DNA from: Piromyces finnis finn
Lineage: Eukaryota; Fungi; Neocallimastigomycota
Length of the DNA stretch: 64,000 nucleotides
Direction of reading: 5' to 3'
Assembly (NCBI GenBank): GCA_002104945.1
Contig: MCFH01000037.1
Coordinates: 124,001 to 188,000 of the forward strand
Shown: piece by piece, positions 62,480-64,000 of the stretch
Layout of the letters: every line of letters begins with the position of its first letter
How positions within the stretch are numbered: the stretch's first letter is position 1
Program-made: the position numbers and the translations under genes
Notes under the pieces: model-generated
Seen by the model: only the letters and a program-made list of their open reading frames with translations
Database searches by the model: none
What the model was told of the DNA's origin: nothing

Positions 62480-64000
62480 TTATCTTATTATTGGAGTAAA
62501 CCTTACATTTGGTATTTTTATCCAAATTTGAATATTATCAATTGGTATATTAATTAAATAATCCTGTATTTCGTTATAGTAATGATTAATATATTTATGG
62601 AGAATTTGAAGGGATTCTGGTAGTTGCTTTTTAATAATATCAAGTGTTATTTTGTTAATAACATATTCTGTATAATTTTTTAGAAGGGCTTCTTCAAATG
62701 TTATTGATTTTATACTTTCTAGTTCTTTTTGTATATTATCTGTGAATAAATTATAGTTTTCAGAGAGCTTATTAAAATATTTATATTTTCCTTCCATAGG
62801 TATATTTAATGTTAAGCACTAAAGAAATAAATGTGTAGAGAAATGTATAATTTTTAATATAGAAAAAAAAAAAAATTAAGTAAAATTAATATGTTACAAT
62901 TATTATTTTTCAATGCTAGTGGTGAATTTAACTTTAGTATTATATAAATTAATTATATAAATTGAATATTTACATTAAATATATGACATAAATATTTAAA
63001 AGATTGTAGTATTTTTTCTTTATTATTAATTATATTGACTTCATAAGTTTTAATATAATCTTTTGGATTTTTCAATGCTTGACCGATGAAATATTTAATT
63101 ATGATTTTTGAAATAATCTTATCTCCACCCTTTTGAAATTTATAATTAATTTCTTTATATATTTTTTGCAATAAATAATTAATTCGTCTTCATTTTGATA
63201 ATAAATATAGTAAAGAAAAGTAATTAATAAAGTTAATGGTGTATTACATTTGATAATTGAATTTGATATTAAAATTATTTTATATTTAGAAAAAAATAAA
63301 TAAATAAAAAAAGTTTATAACATACAATGGAATTGATTTAAATATTAATTTAAATCTTTCAAAAAGTTCATTAATTAAGATAGTAAAGTTTTTATAGCCT
63401 TTTTTAATTTTTACTTTTGATATTTCTTTGTACATATCAATCTTTTATATATATTTATAAAAAAAAAGAAGATAATTAATTTTGTGTTTGAAAAAAAATA
63501 ATATTTATGAATTTTTTTATTATATAATTACTTCAAATAAAGAATTTTTCTTAGTTAAACATTTTGTAATGATTGATACAAAGCTTTCTAGATAGCATTT
63601 TCCTTCAAGTCTTAAAAATTCATTTAATAAATTTGATGCAACTGTTTCATTCATAAATACATTATTTATATTATCTTTTTTTATATATTTATTTAAATAA
63701 TATTGAATAGTTAAGACAATAACCTGAATAATAAAATAAATAATCAAACATTATATAAAAATAAGTATTTACCACAATTTTTTATTTCAAATTTTATAGC
63801 TTCTTCCATTAAATAAATAGGATCACTTTCAGCAACAAAAGCATACAATAATGCCTTAGAATTGATTTTAATTTCTTCAGAATTTTTACAAAGATTAAAT
63901 AGATTGAAAACCATTTCAATATTTCGACAGAATATTAGCTAGTGTATAAAAATTTTTATTATAATAAAATAATAAAATAATATGAAATTTATTAAAAGTA
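62480..64000 (-). CDS. RasGAP-fold protein, 3' partial (5' end outside window), lacking the catalytic arginines
   Basis: NVFMNETVASNLLNEFLRLEGKCYLE...SLFE and YCKKIYKEINYKF...IIIKYFIGQALKNPKDY align with RasGAP TLFRGNSLASK.M......G..YL...FEVD and C..LY..V..RFP...FLRFI.PAI.SP. Confidence 0.6.

Overview
Extremely AT-rich, intron-containing eukaryotic DNA with long A/T runs and (AAT)n microsatellites. A CHS7 chitin-synthase export chaperone indicates a fungus; composition and gene style suggest an anaerobic gut fungus (Neocallimastigomycota), which is inference. Genes read from the sequence: 3' end of a CWF19L2/Cwf19-like splicing factor; a disrupted ABCA transporter; an orphan protein; an Asteroid/PIN-domain gene plus an in-frame chimeric paralogue; a PP2C phosphatase; a protein kinase with a 10-nt microexon; CHS7; ribosomal protein eL20; DSN1/Mis13; a TACC-domain protein; a Cys-rich/TM/SH3 membrane protein; dynactin DCTN3; and the 3' part of a RasGAP-fold protein lacking its catalytic arginines. 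The most striking content is a non-LTR retroelement system. One LINE family is present as a 3.27-kb 5'-truncated copy with a 14-bp TSD, a 1-kb copy that truncates the ABCA gene, a 22-nt+poly(A) micro-insertion with a 13-bp TSD, and two relics; a second, older LINE relic is also present. A ~560-bp tRNA-Ala-derived SINE (43858-44415; B box, poly(A), 13-bp TSD) shares a 44-nt two-hairpin element with the end of the LINE ORF, including a compensatory G-C/A-U base-pair change. This points to a SINE-LINE partner pair with a structured RT-recognition signal. No database searches were possible; all family assignments come from motif recognition by eye.
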